DNA from: Felis catus | Lineage: Eukaryota | Reading direction: 5' to 3' | Assembly (NCBI RefSeq): GCF_018350175.1 | Contig: NC_058368.1 | Span: forward strand, 56,546,001 to 56,610,000 | DNA length: 64,000 nt | Shown here: positions 1 through 12,313 of the stretch, in pieces | Numbering within the stretch: the first letter of the stretch is position 1 | How the letters are laid out: every line of letters begins with the position of its first letter | The notes under the pieces: model-generated | Told to the model about the DNA's origin: nothing | Database searches by the model: none | The model's input: only the letters and a program-made list of their open reading frames with translations | Program-made: the position numbers and the translations under genes

Positions 1-77
1 TCCCTTGGCCCTGAGATCATGACCTGAGTCTAAATCAAGAGTCGACAATTAACCAACTGAGCCACCCCAGGCACCCC
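1..77 (-). mobile_element. Can-SINE, 5' (tRNA-related) part, cut by the window edge
   Basis: Reverse complement reads ggggtgcctggggtggctcagttggttaa...tcaggtcatgatctcagg, the Can-SINE head. Confidence 0.9.
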
Positions 78-1118
78 ATAATTGCAGTTTAATTTTAAAT
101 ACTAGGCTTTTGTTGTTGTTGTTGTTGTTGTTGAAAGCATGAGGATCTTGCATCATTTATTTTTGTATTACTACAAAATCAATCATCAATAGCTTCTAAG
201 GATATTAGGAAGCATGCCTAAAATTTGCCAATTCTAGGACAAAGGGAACACATCAAGATTATAAAAGATTAATGTAAGTAATTAATAAAAGAAAATGATG
301 TATCAGTGCTATTTTTGCCCCTCTTATTTGTGAATGGATTAATTATTTAAATAGCTGAAGTTGCCAAAACACTAATGTGTTTATTACTTTCTGAGTTTCC
401 TATTAAGCTTTGTATAGGCACACCTCAGAAAAAAGGCAGGTTCGGTCTCAGGCCCTCACAATAAAGCATACATTGTAATAAAGTGAGTCAAATGATATAT
501 ATATATTTTTTTTTCATTGCATATAAAAGTTAAGTGTAAACTGTAACTGTAATTACATTAAGTGTGCAATAGCATTTTGTCCAAAAAGCCAGAATACATC
601 CTTGGTTAAAAAATAGTTTATTGCTAAAAAATGCTAACCATTACCTGAGTGAAGTTTGCTGCATTGATTCTGTAGTTCACTAACAGTGTCTCATAGCATG
701 TGATCCTGTTTGATGGCATTTTACCCAAAGTAGAACTTCTTTCAAAATTGGAATCAGTCATCATAAACCCTGCCCCTGCTGTCATTTCAACAATTTTCAT
801 AGAATCTTCACCAGGAGCAGATTCTTAATAAGAAGCAACTCTTCATCCATTAACTCTAGTTCTCTTGCTAATGCTGCCACATTTGCTGTGACTTCCTTCA
901 CTGAAATCTTGAACCCCTCAAGGTTACCATAAGGGTTGGAATCAATGTGTTCCAACTCTTGTTAATGTTGGTATTTTGACCTCTGCCCATGAATCACAGA
1001 TGCTTTTAATGGCATCTGGAAGAGTGAAGACTTTTCAGAGGTTTTCAATTGACTTTTCCAGGATCCATCAGAGGAAATCACTATCTTTGGTGGCAGAGCC
1101 TTAAAAAATGTAATTCTT

Positions 1119-1162
1119 TTTTAAAAAAAATTTAAATGTTTTATTTATTCTGAGAGAGAGAG

Positions 1163-1209
<47 letters not shown>

Positions 1210-1383
1210 GAAAGTGCATGAGCAGGAGAGGGGCAGAGTGAGACAGGGACACAGAATCAGAAGTAGGCTGTAGACGCTGAGCTGTCAGCACAGAGCCCGA
1301 TGCAGGGATCAAACTCACAAGCCATGAGATCATGACCTGAGCCAAAGTCAGACTCTTTACCGACTGAGCCACCCAGGCACCCC
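1119..1383 (-). mobile_element. Can-SINE inside Tigger1, with an expanded (GAAA)n tract
   Basis: SINE head ends at 1383; TSD taaaa(a/g)atgtaattctt at 1102-1118 and 1384-1400. Confidence 0.95.
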
Positions 1384-1808
1384 TAAAAGATGTAATTCTT
1401 AAATAATAAGACTTAAAAGTTGAAATTCCTTCTTGATCCATGGGCTATAGAATGGGTGTTGTGCTGGCAGGGATGAAAACAATATTAGTTTTGTCATACA
1501 TCTCCATCAGAACTCTTGGATTGCCAGTGGCATTTTCAATGAGAAGTAATGTTTTATGAGGAATATTTTTTCTAAACAGTAGGTCTCAACAGTGGGCTTA
1601 AAAGATTTAGTAAACCGTGTTGTAAAATGATGTGCTATCATTCAGACTTTGTTGTTCCATTTCTAGAGTAAAGACAGAGGAGATAAAGCATAATTATTAA
1701 GGGCCCTCGGATTTCCAGAATGGTCAATGAGCATTGGCTTCAACTTTGTCACCAGTGGTGTTTGCCCCTAGTAAGAGAGGTAGTCTGTCCTTTAAAGCTT
1801 TGAAGCCA

Positions 1809-2275
1809 GGGGCGCCTGGGTGGCTCAGTCGGTTAAGGGTCTGACTTTGGCTCAGGTCATGATTTCATGGTTTGTGTGTTCAAGCCCTGTGTTGGGCTCT
1901 GTGCTGAAAGCTCAGAGCCTGGAGCCTGATTCAGATTCTGTGTCTACCTCTCTTTCTTTTTTAAAAAAATTTTTTTCCAACGTTTTTTTATTTATTTTTC
2001 GGACAGAGAGAGACAGAGCATGAACGGGGGAGGGGCAGAGAGAGAGGGAGACACAGAATCAGAAGCAGGCTCCAGGCTCTAAGCCATCAGCCCAGAGCCT
2101 GACACGGGGCTCGAACTCATGGACCGCGAGATCGTGACCTGGCTGAAGTCGGACGCTCAACCAACTGCGCCACCCAGGCGCCCCACTACCTCTCTTTCTG
2201 CCTCTCCCCTGCACTCTCTCTCTCTCTCTCTCTCTCAAAAATAAATAAACATTAAAAGAATTAAAAATAGAAAAA
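1809..2275 (+). mobile_element. Can-SINE inside Tigger1, host of a nested SINE
   Basis: Head ggggcgcctgggtggctcag; perfect 16-bp TSD taaagctttgaagcca at 1793-1808 and 2276-2291. Confidence 0.95.
1958..2184 (-). mobile_element. Young felid SINE nested in another SINE
   Basis: Diagnostic ttcagccaggtcacg; TSD ctacctctctttct at 1944-1957 and 2186-2199. Confidence 0.95.
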
Positions 2276-2376
2276 TAAAGCTTTGAAGCCAAACATTGAC
2301 CTCTGTTTTCTAGCTATGAAGTCCTAAGTGGCATCTTCTTCCAATAGAAGGCTGTTTTATTTACATTGAGAATTTT

Positions 2377-2721
2377 TCATTTAGTGTAGCCACCTTCATT
2401 AGTTACTTTAGCTAGATCTTCTGGATAACTTGCTGCAGCTTCTGTATCAGCACTTGTTGCTTCACTTTTCAATTCTGTGTTCTGGAGACATCTTCTTTCC
2501 TTAAACCTTATGAACCAACCTCTGCTAACTTCAGACTTTTCTTCTGCAGTTTCCTCATCTCTCTTAAATTTCATAGCATTGAAGAGAATTAGGATTTTTC
2601 TTTGGATTAGGATACAGCTTAAGAGAAGGTTGTGGTTGGTTTGATCTTCTGTCCAGAACACTAAATGTTTCTCCATATCAGCAATTAGGCTGTTTTGCTT
2701 TCTTATCATTCTTGTGTTCAC
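2377..2721 (-). pseudogene. Tigger1 transposase fragment (CENP-B-type HTH region), non-functional
   Basis: 114-aa ORF with the SRGWF.RFK motif; flanked by frameshifts, stops and SINE insertions. Confidence 0.88.
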
Positions 2722-3226
2722 TAGATAGCACTTTCAGTTTCTTTAAAGGACTTTTACTTTGCATTAAAAACTTGGCTAACTGTCACAGTTAGAGCTGGCA
2801 CTCTAGCTTTTGGTCTGTTTTGGCTTTTGACCTGCCTTCCTCACTAAACGTAATCATTTCCAGCCTTTGACTTAAAGTGAGAGCCATGGGACTCTTCCTT
2901 TCACTTGAAGAGTTAGTAGCCATTATAGTGTTTCAATTTCAATATTTTTTATCATAGGAAATAGAGACTGTTGAGGAGAGGGAGAGACATGGAGGAACAG
3001 CAGGTCAGTGGAGCAGTCAGAACACATGATATTTATTAAGTTTGCCACATAATATGGGTATTATTTATGGTGCCTCAAACATTTGCTATAGTAATATCAA
3101 AGTTCAGTGATTACAAACCAGCATAACAAAAAAATTAATAAAAAAAGTTTGAAATATTGTGACCATTATAAAAATATGATAGAGACACAAAATGAATAAA
3201 TGCTATTAGAAAAATGGTGCTGATAG

Positions 3227-4228
3227 GAATAGGAATATAGCAGTAGAGTAGGAGGAGCCTAGACTCACCTCCCCCACAAACACAACTAGATAACTGTCAA
3301 ATTATCCTAAAAACCCCAGTTATCAATCTAAAGACTGACAGAACAAACTCCACGACTAAAGGGAGAGAAGAGCCCACATCAAAGAAGAAGCATGAGATAT
3401 AACTGGCTTTTCTAACAAACAGAAGGCAGAGACTTATATAAAATGCCACGATGGAGGAATTTATCCCAAATAAAAGAACAAGATAAGGTCACAGAGAAAT
3501 AAGTGAAACCAGTATAAGTAAAATGCCTGATGTAGAATTAAAGCAACAATCATAAGGATACTAACTGGGCTTGACAAAAGAATAGAAGACATCAGTGAGA
3601 CCCTTGCATAGAGATAGTAGATTCAAAAGAGAATCAATCAGATATGAAGAATGCAATAAGTGAGATTGGAAACAGCCATGATGCAAGGAACAGCAGGCTG
3701 GAAGAAGCAGAAGAATGCATTAATAACCTAGAATACAAAGTAATCAAAAGAAAAGAAGCTGAATAAAAGAGAGAAGAATTATGCAATACAAAAATAGACT
3801 TAGAGAACTCAGTGACTCCATCAAACATAATGGCATCCATACTGTAGGAGTCCCAGAAGAAGAAAAAAAGAGAAAAGGGGGAAGAAAATTATTTTAAGAA
3901 ATAAGAGAAGAAAAGTTCCATAATCTGGGGAAGGAAACAGACATCCAGGTCCAGGAGACACAGAGAACTACCATCAAAATCAACAAAATCAGGCCCACAC
4001 CAAGACATATTGCCCACACCAAGACATATTGTAAGTAAATTTGCAAACTACAATGATAAAGAAAAAAAGTATTAAAAACAAGAAGACAAAAGAAGTCCTT
4101 AACTTAAAAAGGAAAACCCATAAGGCTAACTGGAGATTTTTCAAAAGAAACTTGGCAAGCCACAAGGAAGTGGCATAATATACTCAATATGCTAAATGGG
4201 AAAAATCTGTAGCCAAGAATACTCTATC
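3227..4228 (+). mobile_element. Older carnivore L1, 5' end and most of ORF1, with an internal 5'UTR deletion
   Basis: L1 5'-like start (gtaggaggagcctagactcacctccc...), then ORF1-like text (ggagtcccagaagaaga, catccaggtccaggagacacagaga, tgtagccaagaatactctatc). Confidence 0.85.
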
Positions 4229-6622
4229 ATGTTTTTGGGAGATTTTTTATTACTAATTCAATTTCTGTACTGGTTATGGGTCTGTTCAAATTTTCTATTT
4301 CTTCCTGTTTCAGTTTTGGTAGTTTATAATTTTCTAGCAATTTTTTCATTTCTTCCAGATTGCCCATTTTATTGGCATATAATTGCTCATAATATTCTCT
4401 TATTAGTGTTTGTATTTCTGCTATATTGATTGTGATCTCTCCTCTTCCATTCTTGATTTTATTTATTTGGATCCTTTCCTTTTTCTTTTTGATCAAAATG
4501 GCTAGGGATTTATCAATTTTGTTAATTTTTTCAAAGAACTAGCTTCTGGTTTCATTGGTCTGTTCTGTTTTTGTTTGTTTTGTTTTGTTTTTGTTTTGAT
4601 TTGTTTTTATTTTGGTTTTGATTGCATTGATTCCAGCTCTAATCTTTATTATTTCCTGTCTTCTGCTGGTTTGGGGTTTTATTTGCTGTTCTTTTTCCAG
4701 CTCTTTAAGGTCTAAGGTTAGGTTGTGTATCTGAGACCTTTCTTCCTTCTTTAGGAAGACCTGGATTACTATATACTTCCCTCTTATGACTGCCTTTCCT
4801 GTGTCCCAGAGGTTTTGGGCTGTGGTGTTATCATTTTCATTGGCTTCCATGTACTTTTTAATTTCCTCTTTAACTTCTTGTTTAGTCTGTTCATACTTTA
4901 GTAGGATGGTCTTTAGTGTCCAAGTATTTGTTATCTTACCACATTTTTCCTTGTGGTTGATTTTGAATTTCATACTGTTGTCTGAAAATATGCAAGGTAT
5001 GATCTTGATCTTTTTGTACTTGTTGAGGGCTGATTTGTGTCCCTATGTGATCTATTCCTGAGAAAATTCCATGTGCACTGGAAAAGAATGTATATTCCAC
5101 TGCTTTAGGATGAAATGTTCTGAATAAATCTGTTAAGTTCATCTGGTCCAGTGTGTCATTCAAAGCCATTGTTTCCTTGTTGATTTTCTGTTTAGATGAT
5201 TTATTGCTGTAAATGGTGTGTTGAAGTCCCCTACTATTTTGGTATTATTATCAATGAGTTTCTTTGTTTGTGATTAATTGATTTATGTATTTGGGTGTTC
5301 TTACATGTGGAGCATAAATGTTACAATTGTTATGTCTTCTTGGTGGATAGACCCCTTAAATATGATATAATGTCCTTCTTCATCTCTTGTTACTGTCTTT
5401 ATTTTAAAGTCCAGATTGTCTGATATAAACCTGGCTACTCTGGCTTTCTTTTGGTGACCATTAGCATGATAGATGGTTCTCCACCCTCTTTCTTTCAATC
5501 TGAAGGTGTCTTTAGGTCTAAAGTGGGTCTCTTGTAAACGACATATAGATGGATCTTGTTTTCTTTTCCATTCTGTCACCCTGTGTCTTTTATTGGAGCA
5601 TTTAGTCCATTGACGTTTAGAGTGAGTACTGAAAGCTATGAATTTATTGCCATTATGTTTGTTGTAGAGCTGTAGTTTCTGATGGTATTCTCTGGTCCTT
5701 TGTTGCTTTTGGTCTTTTTATTTTCATCGTGTCTCCCCTCAGAGAGTCCCCCTTAAAATTTCTTCCATGGCTGGTTTAGTGGTCACGAACTCCTTTAATA
5801 TTTGTTTGTCTGGGAAACTTTTTATTGCTCCTTCAATTCTGAATGACAGCCTTGCTGGATAAAGAATTGTTGGCTGCATAATTTTCTGATTCAGCACACT
5901 GAATATATCCTGCCACTCCTTTCTGGCCTGCCAAGGTTCTGTGGATAGGTCTGCTGCAAACCTCATCTGTCTTCCCTGTAGGTTAAGGACTTTTTTTTTC
6001 CCTTGCTGCTTTCATGATTCTCTCCTTGCCTGAGTATTTTGTGAATTTGACTATGATTTGTCTTGTTGATGATCGATTTTTGTTGAATCTAATGGGAGTA
6101 CTCTGTGCTTCCTAGATTTTGATGTGTGTGTCTTTCCTCAGGTTAGGAAAGTTTTCTGCTATGATTTGCTCACATAAGCCTTCTACCCCTTTTTCTCTTC
6201 ATCTTCTGGGACCCCTATGCTTCTGATGTTGTTTTTTAATGAGTCCCTGACTTCTCTAGTTCTTAAATCATGCACTTTTGCCTTAGTCTCCCTCTTTTTT
6301 TTTCTGCTTCATTATTCTCCATAAGTTTGTCCTCTGTATCTGTGATTCACTGCTCTGCTTCATTCACACTTGCCACCGTGGCATCTGTTTGAGATTGTGC
6401 CTCAGTTATAGTGTTTTTAATTTCATCCTGACTAGCTTTTATTTCTTTTATTTCTGCAGAAAGAGATTCTAATCTATTTTCAACTCCAGCTAGTATTCTT
6501 ATTATCATGATTCTAAATTCTAGTTCAGACATCTCTTTTGTATCTGTGTTGAGTAAGTCCCTGGCTGTCATTTCTTCCTGTTCTTTCTTTTGGGGTGAAT
6601 TCCTTTGTTCCTTATTTTGAAG
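4229..6622 (-). mobile_element. L1 inverted 5' segment: ORF1 plus ORF2 endonuclease to NLPK
   Basis: Minus-strand ORFs: ORF1 (NSPQKKEQEE; ADLSTEPWQARKEW) and ORF2 EN/linker ([57 protein letters not shown]). Confidence 0.95.
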
Positions 6623-7929
6623 GCCAGAGCCAGATGGCTTTCCAGGAGGATTATACCACACATTTAAAGAAGAGTTAACACCTATTCTCTTGAAACTGTT
6701 CCAAAAAATAGAGATGGAAGGAAAACTTCCAAACTCCTTCTATGAAGCCAGCATTACCATGATTCCAAAACCAGACAAAGACCCTACTAAATAGGAGAAC
6801 TATGGACCAGTTTCCCTAATGAACAAGGATGCAAAAATCCTCAACAAGATACTAGCCAACCAGATCCAACAATACATTAAAAAAAATTATTCGCCACGAC
6901 CAAGTGGGATTTATACCTGGGATGCAGGGCTAGTTCAATATCTGCAAAACAATCAGTGTGATACATCACATCACTAAAAGAAAGGACAAGAACCACATGA
7001 TCCTCTCAATAGATGCAGAGAAAACATTTGACAAAATACAGCATCCTTTCTTGATAAAAGCCCCCAAAAAAGTAGGTATAGAAGCATCATGCCTCGAGAT
7101 CATAAAAAGCATATATGAAAGACCCAACGCTAATATTATCCTCAATGGGGAAAAACCGAGAGCTTTCCCCCTAAGGTCAGGAACAAGATAGGGATGTCCA
7201 CTCTCACCACTGTTATTCAACATAGTATTGGAAGTCTTAGCCTCAGCAGTCAGACAACAGAAAGAAATAAAAGGTATCCAAATCAGCCAAGAGAAGGTCA
7301 AACTGTCACTCTTCACAGATGACATGATACTCTATATAGAAAACCCAAAAGACTGCTAGAACTGACCCATGAATTCAGCAACGTTTCAGGATATAAAATC
7401 AATGCACAGAAATTGGTGGCACTCCTATACACCAATAATGAAGCAACAGAGAAATCAAAGAATCAGCCCCGTTAATAATTGCACCAAAGCCCATAAAATA
7501 CCTAGGAATAAATCTATCCAAAGAGGTGAAAAACCTATACACTGAAAAATATAGAAAGCTTATGAAAGAAATTGAAGAGGGCACAAAAAAAAATGGAAAA
7601 AAATATTCCATGCTCCTGGTTAAGAAGAATAGGTATTGTTAAAATGTCAATACTACCCAAAGCAATCTACATTTTCAATGCAGTACCTATCAAAATAACA
7701 CCAGCTTTCTTCACAGAACTAGAACAAACAATCCTAAAATTTTTATGGTACCACAAAAGACCCCAAATAGCCAAAGCAATCTTGAAAACAAAAACCAAAG
7801 CTGGGGGTATCATAATCCCTGACTTCAAGCTGTATTACAAAGTTCTAATCATCAAGACAGTATGGTACTGGCACAAAAACAAACACTCAAATCAATGGAA
7901 CAGAATAGAGAACCCAGAAATGGACCCAT
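6623..7929 (+). mobile_element. L1 ORF2 reverse-transcriptase segment, 3'-truncated, no poly(A)
   Basis: Starts at PDGF..., includes [10 protein letters not shown], ctcttcacagatgacatg (FADD equivalent), [19 protein letters not shown], and ends at ENPEMDP. Confidence 0.95.
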
Positions 7930-8855
7930 GTTGTGACATTTTTCCATGAAAGAATTTTAGTGAGAGGTAATCCTTCCAGCTTGTGTAAATTTCTAAACTC
8001 TATTATGTCTGTACTATATTTTCCTTTATATAATTTGATAAATACTAAAATTAAATATATGCAATATCTAGAATTTTTAATGAAACTTTAAACATAGAAA
8101 AGATTTCTTTCAATAAAGGGCGGATTCAAGTACTTAGCTGTAATGGAGTACATGGAAAATGTTCATTTGAAACCGACTTAGCTCTTTCAGCTTTGATCTG
8201 TAGTGAGATTTTTTTTCCTTTTGTAATTAGAATTGAAGCTACTGTTTTCAGTTGTGTGAAGTATCAAATGGAAAAGAAAAATTGTTCTGAAAGTGGATAC
8301 AAAAACCCGATAACTTTCAACTATAGAAATAAAAACATCTCACTCCCTAGGAATTTAGCCTGCTGAATTTTAAACACAAACTTTCTCCTGTGGTGGTAGA
8401 TGACTCTCTATAAATTAGGACCATTTAATAACCTAGTTGGTTATCCCTGCCTTCGTTATGAGGCAATTGTTACAGTTATCTACTTGCTGCTTCTTTTACT
8501 GATTTGCGTGTTTCAGAAACCTTTGTCATTCTCCTGAGACAAGTCTCTCTCTACTTTGTTTTCTTTATTCCCATGGCCTTTAGATCTTTACACTGTCCAT
8601 TCATCCCTGATTGACAGATCTCAGAGGCTCTGTCAAGGCTGTTGGTCCCCAAAGCCATTAAACTGTCATTCAGCCTCCTGGTATCATGACTACATCCAAA
8701 AAAAGTTCTCCATTGCTGTTCGCTTAGCTGTAGAGCATATTGTCCTCTGTAGTACTTGAGTCTTTTATTCTCTAAGTGACTTTATCATTAATATAGTCAA
8801 ACTGTGTTTTTTAAGAATATATTAAATATAGATTTTGTTTTAAAATTTTCTTGTC

Positions 8856-9081
8856 GGGGCGCCTGGGTGGCTCAGTCGGTTAAGCGTCCGACTTCAGCTC
8901 AGGTCACGATCTCGCGGTCTGTGAGTTCGAGCCCCGTGTTGGGCTCTGGGCTTATGGCTCAGAGCCTGGAGCCTACTTCTGATTCTGTGTCTCCCTCTCT
9001 CTCTGCCCCCCCCCCCCCGCTCATGCTCTGTCTCTCTCTGTCTCAAAAATAAATAAACATTAAAAAAATTTTTTTAAAAAC
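8856..9081 (+). mobile_element. Can-SINE (felid, CpG-rich)
   Basis: Perfect TSD taaaattttcttgtc at 8841-8855 and 9082-9096. Confidence 0.95.
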
Positions 9082-9817
9082 TAAAATTTTCTTGTCAAAA
9101 TTTACATGTTGGTCAAAGCTAAAATATAACAAACAAATAGCAAGTCTATCAGGGAAATAAGTATCATTATAAGATGAGTTGGCTTATACTATAACTCTTT
9201 ATAACATTGGTCTTTGATGTTCCCTGAGATTATATAGTATGCTTAGGGATAAAATAGAACATATAAATGCTAATTATTTTGTAGATAAAATGTGTTATAT
9301 GTAAATATTCATAAATCAATGAATGAGGATGACTAATTACAGTACTTTGCCAAATGTTTTTTTTTTTAATAAATATAATTTGGGTGATCATCAAAATTAT
9401 GAAATTCATTGATGGACCTTAGTTGGATACTGATTATCTTTGTGGTGCCTTCAAGTATTAGAGATTCAGGTAAGTTTTAGTAGACAAATTGTAGTGCTTC
9501 CATTTGCTATAAATGCAAAGAAAATAAGTTGATTTTCTTTTCAAGATTAAATTCCATTGTAAAATACAAAGTAATTGGTAATATAAGACTTTTCTGATAA
9601 ATATTTCTGTAGCATGAGACATCAGCCTAAAAGTCTAAATTATTTAATTTAAAGAATAGTAATCAAGTATTTCTTTGCAAGCCACTCTTCCAGTGCTTGG
9701 GTTGCACCCAGGAACAGAATGAAGGTCCTGACTTTGGGGAGTGTTTTGTTGTTGTTGTTGCTGTTGTTTTGTTTTGTTTTTCTAACTTTAAATGAGCCTT
9801 GACCTGATCTATTTTCT

Positions 9818-10051
9818 TTTTTTTTTTTTTTTCAAAAAAAATTTTTTTTCAACCTTTATTTATTTTTGGGACAGAGAGAGACAGAGCATGAACGGGGGAG
9901 GGGCAGAGAGAGAGGGAGACACAGAATCGGAAACAGGCTCCAGGCTCTGAGCCATCAGCCCAGAGCCTGACGCGGGGCTCGAACTCCCGGACCGCGAGAT
10001 CGTGACCTGGCTGAAGTCAGACGCTCAACCGACTGCGCCACCCAGGCGCCC
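9818..10051 (-). mobile_element. Young felid SINE
   Basis: TSD tgacctgat(c/a)tattttct at 9800-9817 and 10052-10069. Confidence 0.95.
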
Positions 10052-10430
10052 TGACCTGATATATTTTCTAAAATGGATTCAATCTTTGGCACAAACTTTT
10101 GATTTATATCCATGCAAATAGCTTCAAAGACCAGGAATTAGTATGGAGTCTGCTAGGTGGAGGACAGTCAGAGCAGAGTATTAGCAAAAGACCCTGAGCT
10201 TTTTACTAATAAATGCATCAGAATATCAAAATCATAAATTATATTTTCTATGCTTTAATTATTTTTTAAACAATAATCAAACATTCCTAAGCACTAGAGA
10301 AAAACATTCAAATTATAATTTTAATTGTTATAAATATCAGCATGGGTCATATATTTTCAGAATCTTAATATAGGTATAGACTCAGTACAAACACTAAAAA
10401 TAGACACACATTTTTATAAGTAGGTTGACG

Positions 10431-10473
10431 TGTATATATATATATGTATATATATATACATATATATATATAT
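10431..10473. repeat. (TA)n microsatellite
   Basis: Seen directly. Confidence 0.9.
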
Positions 10474-10847
10474 TTTAAAGCATATGACTGAGATATTTGA
10501 TATTTTAGTTTTGAAATTTTAACTCATTTAATGTAAAACTTCATATGGTTTAAATCAGGGGAAGTTTTCAATAGAATTTTATCAGAGTACTTAAGAAGTA
10601 AAAAATATCTTGACTTTTGACTATTTGATAACCAAAAAGTGAGATAAAAAGAAAATATATCCTGTAATAGTAAATGTTTTAAATTCTTCATTTCGAACTT
10701 CTGAGTTCTTCATCTCTCCAGATGAGATGACTGATAATCCTACCCCAATCTCTTTGCTCATTATTAGGACCAGTCTTGAAAATAGAAGTATATATTTAAA
10801 ATAATTAAATGAGTCCTACATTGTAGAACTTGTGCTGAGAGTATAGC

Positions 10848-10966
10848 CCATTAGACTGTAAGCCTTCTGACAGCAGTATAGGTTTTTATTATTTATCACT
10901 TTTACCCCAACAGTTATCACATTCTTTCATATGGTAGCCATTGACAATAATTTGATAGATGAATAA
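10848..10966 (+). mobile_element. L2 3' end
   Basis: tagactgtaagcctt...atggtagccattgacaataatttgatagatgaataa resembles the L2 3' terminus. Confidence 0.55.
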
Positions 10967-11159
10967 TATATTCTTGCTCTGTGTCATTTCCTGCCATTCT
11001 CAATCTTTAAGAAGGAGGAATTATAAAATAGAGCAACACTGGAAACTATTTACTGTGTAATAGGTATTAGGAACTGGAATTTTGAGGTGAAAGCATGCCT
11101 GTGTCTTTTTCTTTCATGGTTCTCTAAATCTCTGCATTTGTTGTTTGGAGCCCATCTAA

Positions 11160-11370
11160 TGATGAAGATTGTCAGGATGAATAAAAATACCAAGACAACT
11201 GTATGTTGCTTACAAACATCTCAATTCAAATTCAACAGCATAAGTACTTGAAATAAAACAATTAAAACGTGTACACCATGAAAATATTAACTTAAAAATG
11301 GGAAAGCAAGAGTGACTATATTAATATCTGATAAAGAATATTTCAGAGTAAAAACATTCTAGATACAGTA
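11160..11370 (+). mobile_element. Old L1M ORF2 endonuclease fragment
   Basis: caagacaactgtatgttgcttacaa and gagtgactatattaatatctgataaa match the ICCLQE and GVAILISDK regions. Confidence 0.65.
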
Positions 11371-11849
11371 CGATTCTTTCCAAATTCAACTGTATCTTTC
11401 TCCTGAAAAACAAAAGCAAAAAACATAGTTTCTGTCCCTTTGTCCCCCTCAAGAACATTTATGTTTTCATTGTCACAAGATCCCATGTCCCCAGTATTTT
11501 ATTTTTGAAGATAATTCTGGTATTCCCATGAACATATAAATTTCTCCTGTGATTGCCCATGTGTATACTATCATTATAGACTTGTCTTATTTTTATAAAC
11601 TTAAAACTGTGTGTCTACTTTCTGTGCTATGTTGACAATAGTTCAGAATGGTATCTATATATCTTTGGGCCACTAATAGTTATTATAGTGTCACAATTGA
11701 TAAATACTTAATCACTTAATAGCTGGATATAATATTGAAGTAAATTGTTCATCATTCTAAAGAAACATTCATTGTTTTGTAAAAGAGCATGTATTCCTAG
11801 AAATCAAATCCATACTATGCATTCTTTGGTTTTACTCTGTTGAGGTCAT

Positions 11850-12313
11850 CTGTTATTTAAAGCTACCTAATATGTTTTACATACTCTCTCTACATCTTGA
11901 TAATTATCCATGCTATGAGTCTTACCTCTTCAAACGGAATGAGAGAGACTACATTCACAGAATCCCTTACAAGTAGAACACATTTGTTTAATTAAAGTTA
12001 CACCAGTGAAATGCAGTCAAGCACTCTTAGATACCTAAAAGGAAATCAGTCTTTTGGCAACCACTGTGATAGAATATCCTTTGGCAACAATAGTTTCTGA
12101 TACCAATTACTGAATGCCATAAAAGCCAAATGATAATGATGATCAGGTTTTGGAACAGAAATAAACATGGGGCATTGCTGCTGCCTCTGTCTGCCTTGTT
12201 GACCTTACCAGAGTTTCTGGAAGCTGCCAAATATCTTTTAATGAATTTTATTTCTGCTTAAGTAGCTCAGAGAGGATTGCATTGTTTGCAGTCAGGAGTC
12301 CTGAACACTAATC
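11850..12313 (+). mobile_element. Old ERVL-class solo LTR (LTR33/LTR16-like)
   Basis: 3' end ttctgcttaagtagctcagagaggattgcattgtttgcagtcaggagtcctga matches the typical terminus; 5' boundary approximate. Confidence 0.55.

Larger units (their letters stand above)
415..3226 (-). mobile_element. Tigger1 (pogo-like DNA transposon), decayed; one TIR present, other end missing
   Basis: TA at 413-414 is followed by TIR-like taggcacacctc. Minus-strand peptides match Tigger1 transposase: [17 protein letters not shown]...[11 protein letters not shown]...[10 protein letters not shown] (2377-2721) and MDQEGISTFKSYYLR (about 1441). Interrupted by three SINEs. Confidence 0.93.

Noticed and set aside
1809..1890. 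tRNA-like A/B boxes at SINE heads
   Set aside because: They are tRNA-derived SINE promoters followed by a CT tract, A-tail and TSD, not tRNA genes.
2377..2721. Possible domesticated transposase (TIGD1/CENP-B-like gene)
   Set aside because: The element has a TIR, multiple stops and deletions, and SINE insertions in the catalytic region; it is a dead Tigger1 copy.
6623..7949. Reverse transcriptase ORFs suggesting an active or novel RT system
   Set aside because: Ordinary L1 ORF2, broken by frameshifts and stops and truncated.
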